In this document: piece by piece, positions 63,188 through 64,000 of the stretch | How positions within the stretch are numbered: the stretch's first letter is position 1 | Layout of the letters: each line of letters opens with the position of its first letter | Assembly: GCA_041167085.1 (NCBI GenBank) | Contig: JBEEGV010000028.1 | Span: 2,463-66,462 of the forward strand | Direction of reading: 5' to 3' | From: Verrucomicrobiota bacterium | GTDB taxonomy: Bacteria > Verrucomicrobiota > Verrucomicrobiia > Chthoniobacterales > UBA10450 | DNA: 64,000 nucleotides | Notes under the pieces: generated by a model | Told to the model about the DNA's origin: nothing | The model's input: only the letters and a program-made list of their open reading frames with translations | The model's database searches: none | Program-made: the position numbers and the translations under genes

Positions 63188-64000
63188 TCAATTTAACATC
63201 GCGTCGGCATTATGGAACTGGCGCAGAACCGGATCGTGGCGCGTCGGTTCCAGAAACTTAACGGCGCGACCAAAGATCGGATTGATGAAGGAGGCCGTAT
63301 GCCGCACATACAAATCGAGCGGCACCAAATCACATCCCAGATGCAGTTTCGGATCGTAATTTAACGGACTGCTGCAGTACTGCTTGAAGCCATTTGCGAT
63401 GGCCCAGGAAATGACATCGCGGATGGTGTAAAAGTAGAGATGCAAATCGAGTGCGACGTTGTAGTCCAAACCGAGGCATTCATCGTAGATTGTGTCGCCA
63501 TGCACGAGGCAAAGACCAAAGGCGATGATTTTTCCTGTTTGTCTCCAAATGAAAAATCGCGTTCGTTCCGGCATCAGCCGTCCCAAACTGCAGAAATAAT
63601 CTTTCGTTAACGTCTCGAACTTCAGACGAGAGCGTTCGTGGACCTGCAGATACAGAGGGTAAGCCTCATCGATGCAGGGTGCGATATCGGTCACGACTTC
63701 AACCTCGATTTTGGGCGCGCGCTCGGCGTCGCGGAATTTTCGGCGCAGATTTTTGCGCGTGGCCTTCCCCAGGGTGGCGAGGTATTCGTCGAAGTTGGCG
63801 TAATTCAATTGAAGCCGTGTTACCGGCATGCTCGGGACGCGTGTGTAACCGTTGCCGGAGAATGTTTTCAGCGTTTCGCGGTACTGGGACGGGAAGTCTT
63901 TCAAGACCACGAGCGAGGCTTTCTCGCGCCGGGCAAAGGTTTCGAGCGAAGCGTGGAGAGCTTCGGACACCCAGCGTTCATCTTCCGGGGAACAACTGCC
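63188..64000 (-). CDS. FemAB-like GNAT acetyltransferase family protein (Acetyltransf_6-like); N-terminus outside the window
   Basis: The frame is open to the window edge. C-terminal half (FIWRQTGKIIAFGLCLVHGDTIYDECLGLDY...YFYTIRDVISWAIANGFKQY) resembles BioF2/FemAB-like GNATs. Confidence 0.5.
   Translation of the reverse strand, partial: GSCSPEDERWVSEALHASLETFARREKASLVVLKDFPSQYRETLKTFSGNGYTRVPSMPVTRLQLNYANFDEYLATLGKATRKNLRRKFRDAERAPKIEVEVVTDIAPCIDEAYPLYLQVHERSRLKFETLTKDYFCSLGRLMPERTRFFIWRQTGKIIAFGLCLVHGDTIYDECLGLDYNVALDLHLYFYTIRDVISWAIANGFKQYCSSPLNYDPKLHLGCDLVPLDLYVRHTASFINPIFGRAVKFLEPTRHDPVLRQFHNADAMLN

Noticed and set aside
1-64000. tRNA, rRNA, tmRNA, prophage or defence-system genes
   Set aside because: I recognised no cloverleaf-like or rRNA-like sequences in the intergenic regions. 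No nuclease/helicase/methylase/RT-type ORFs typical of defence islands were seen either. A tRNAscan/Infernal/defence-HMM pass would be needed to be certain.

Overview
This is a 64-kb chromosomal window from a diderm bacterium. Gene content and the dense palindromic intergenic repeats look like a soil Verrucomicrobia/Planctomycetes-type genome, but that is inference only. I call about 50 protein-coding genes. I recognised no rRNA, tRNA, CRISPR array, transposase, integrase or phage genes. Layout: (i) 1-13.8 kb holds glycan and sulfation-type genes (GT4, two sulfotransferases, a methyltransferase-like gene, a large polytopic membrane protein). Interleaved with them is a PAS-PAS-GAF histidine kinase / NitT-TauT ABC importer / HPr operon, plus housekeeping genes. 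(ii) 13.8-16.6 kb holds a ferredoxin and two tandem CysJ-type FAD/NADPH reductase paralogs. (iii) 17.8-34.9 kb is the most interesting block. A large outer-membrane barrel gene directly abuts a 1342-aa decahaem cytochrome c fused to an LVIVD beta-propeller. Transcribed divergently from it are a secreted double GlcG/HbpS-like protein, a FecR-TPR-TonB-receptor-like barrel fusion, a translationally coupled CHASE2 nucleotidyl cyclase and a giant Ig/Calx-beta surface protein. I read this as a candidate new porin-cytochrome conduit next to a cell-surface signalling pathway that ends in a cyclase instead of an ECF sigma factor. (iv) 35-46 kb is an envelope module (ABC-2 exporter, FG-GAP protein, secreted SCP2 protein) bracketed by paralogous OM barrels. 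The FG-GAP gene is flanked by a duplicated 3' end of the permease gene. (v) 46-64 kb is mostly housekeeping (DNA glycosylases, M23 peptidase, epimerase, S1C protease, RRM protein, miaA-hflX, nth). Intergenic DNA is packed with several dispersed hairpin-repeat families. Some show compensatory stem changes, and one overlaps the signal-peptide coding region of the cytochrome. All functional calls rest on motifs read by eye from the ORF translations; no database search was run.
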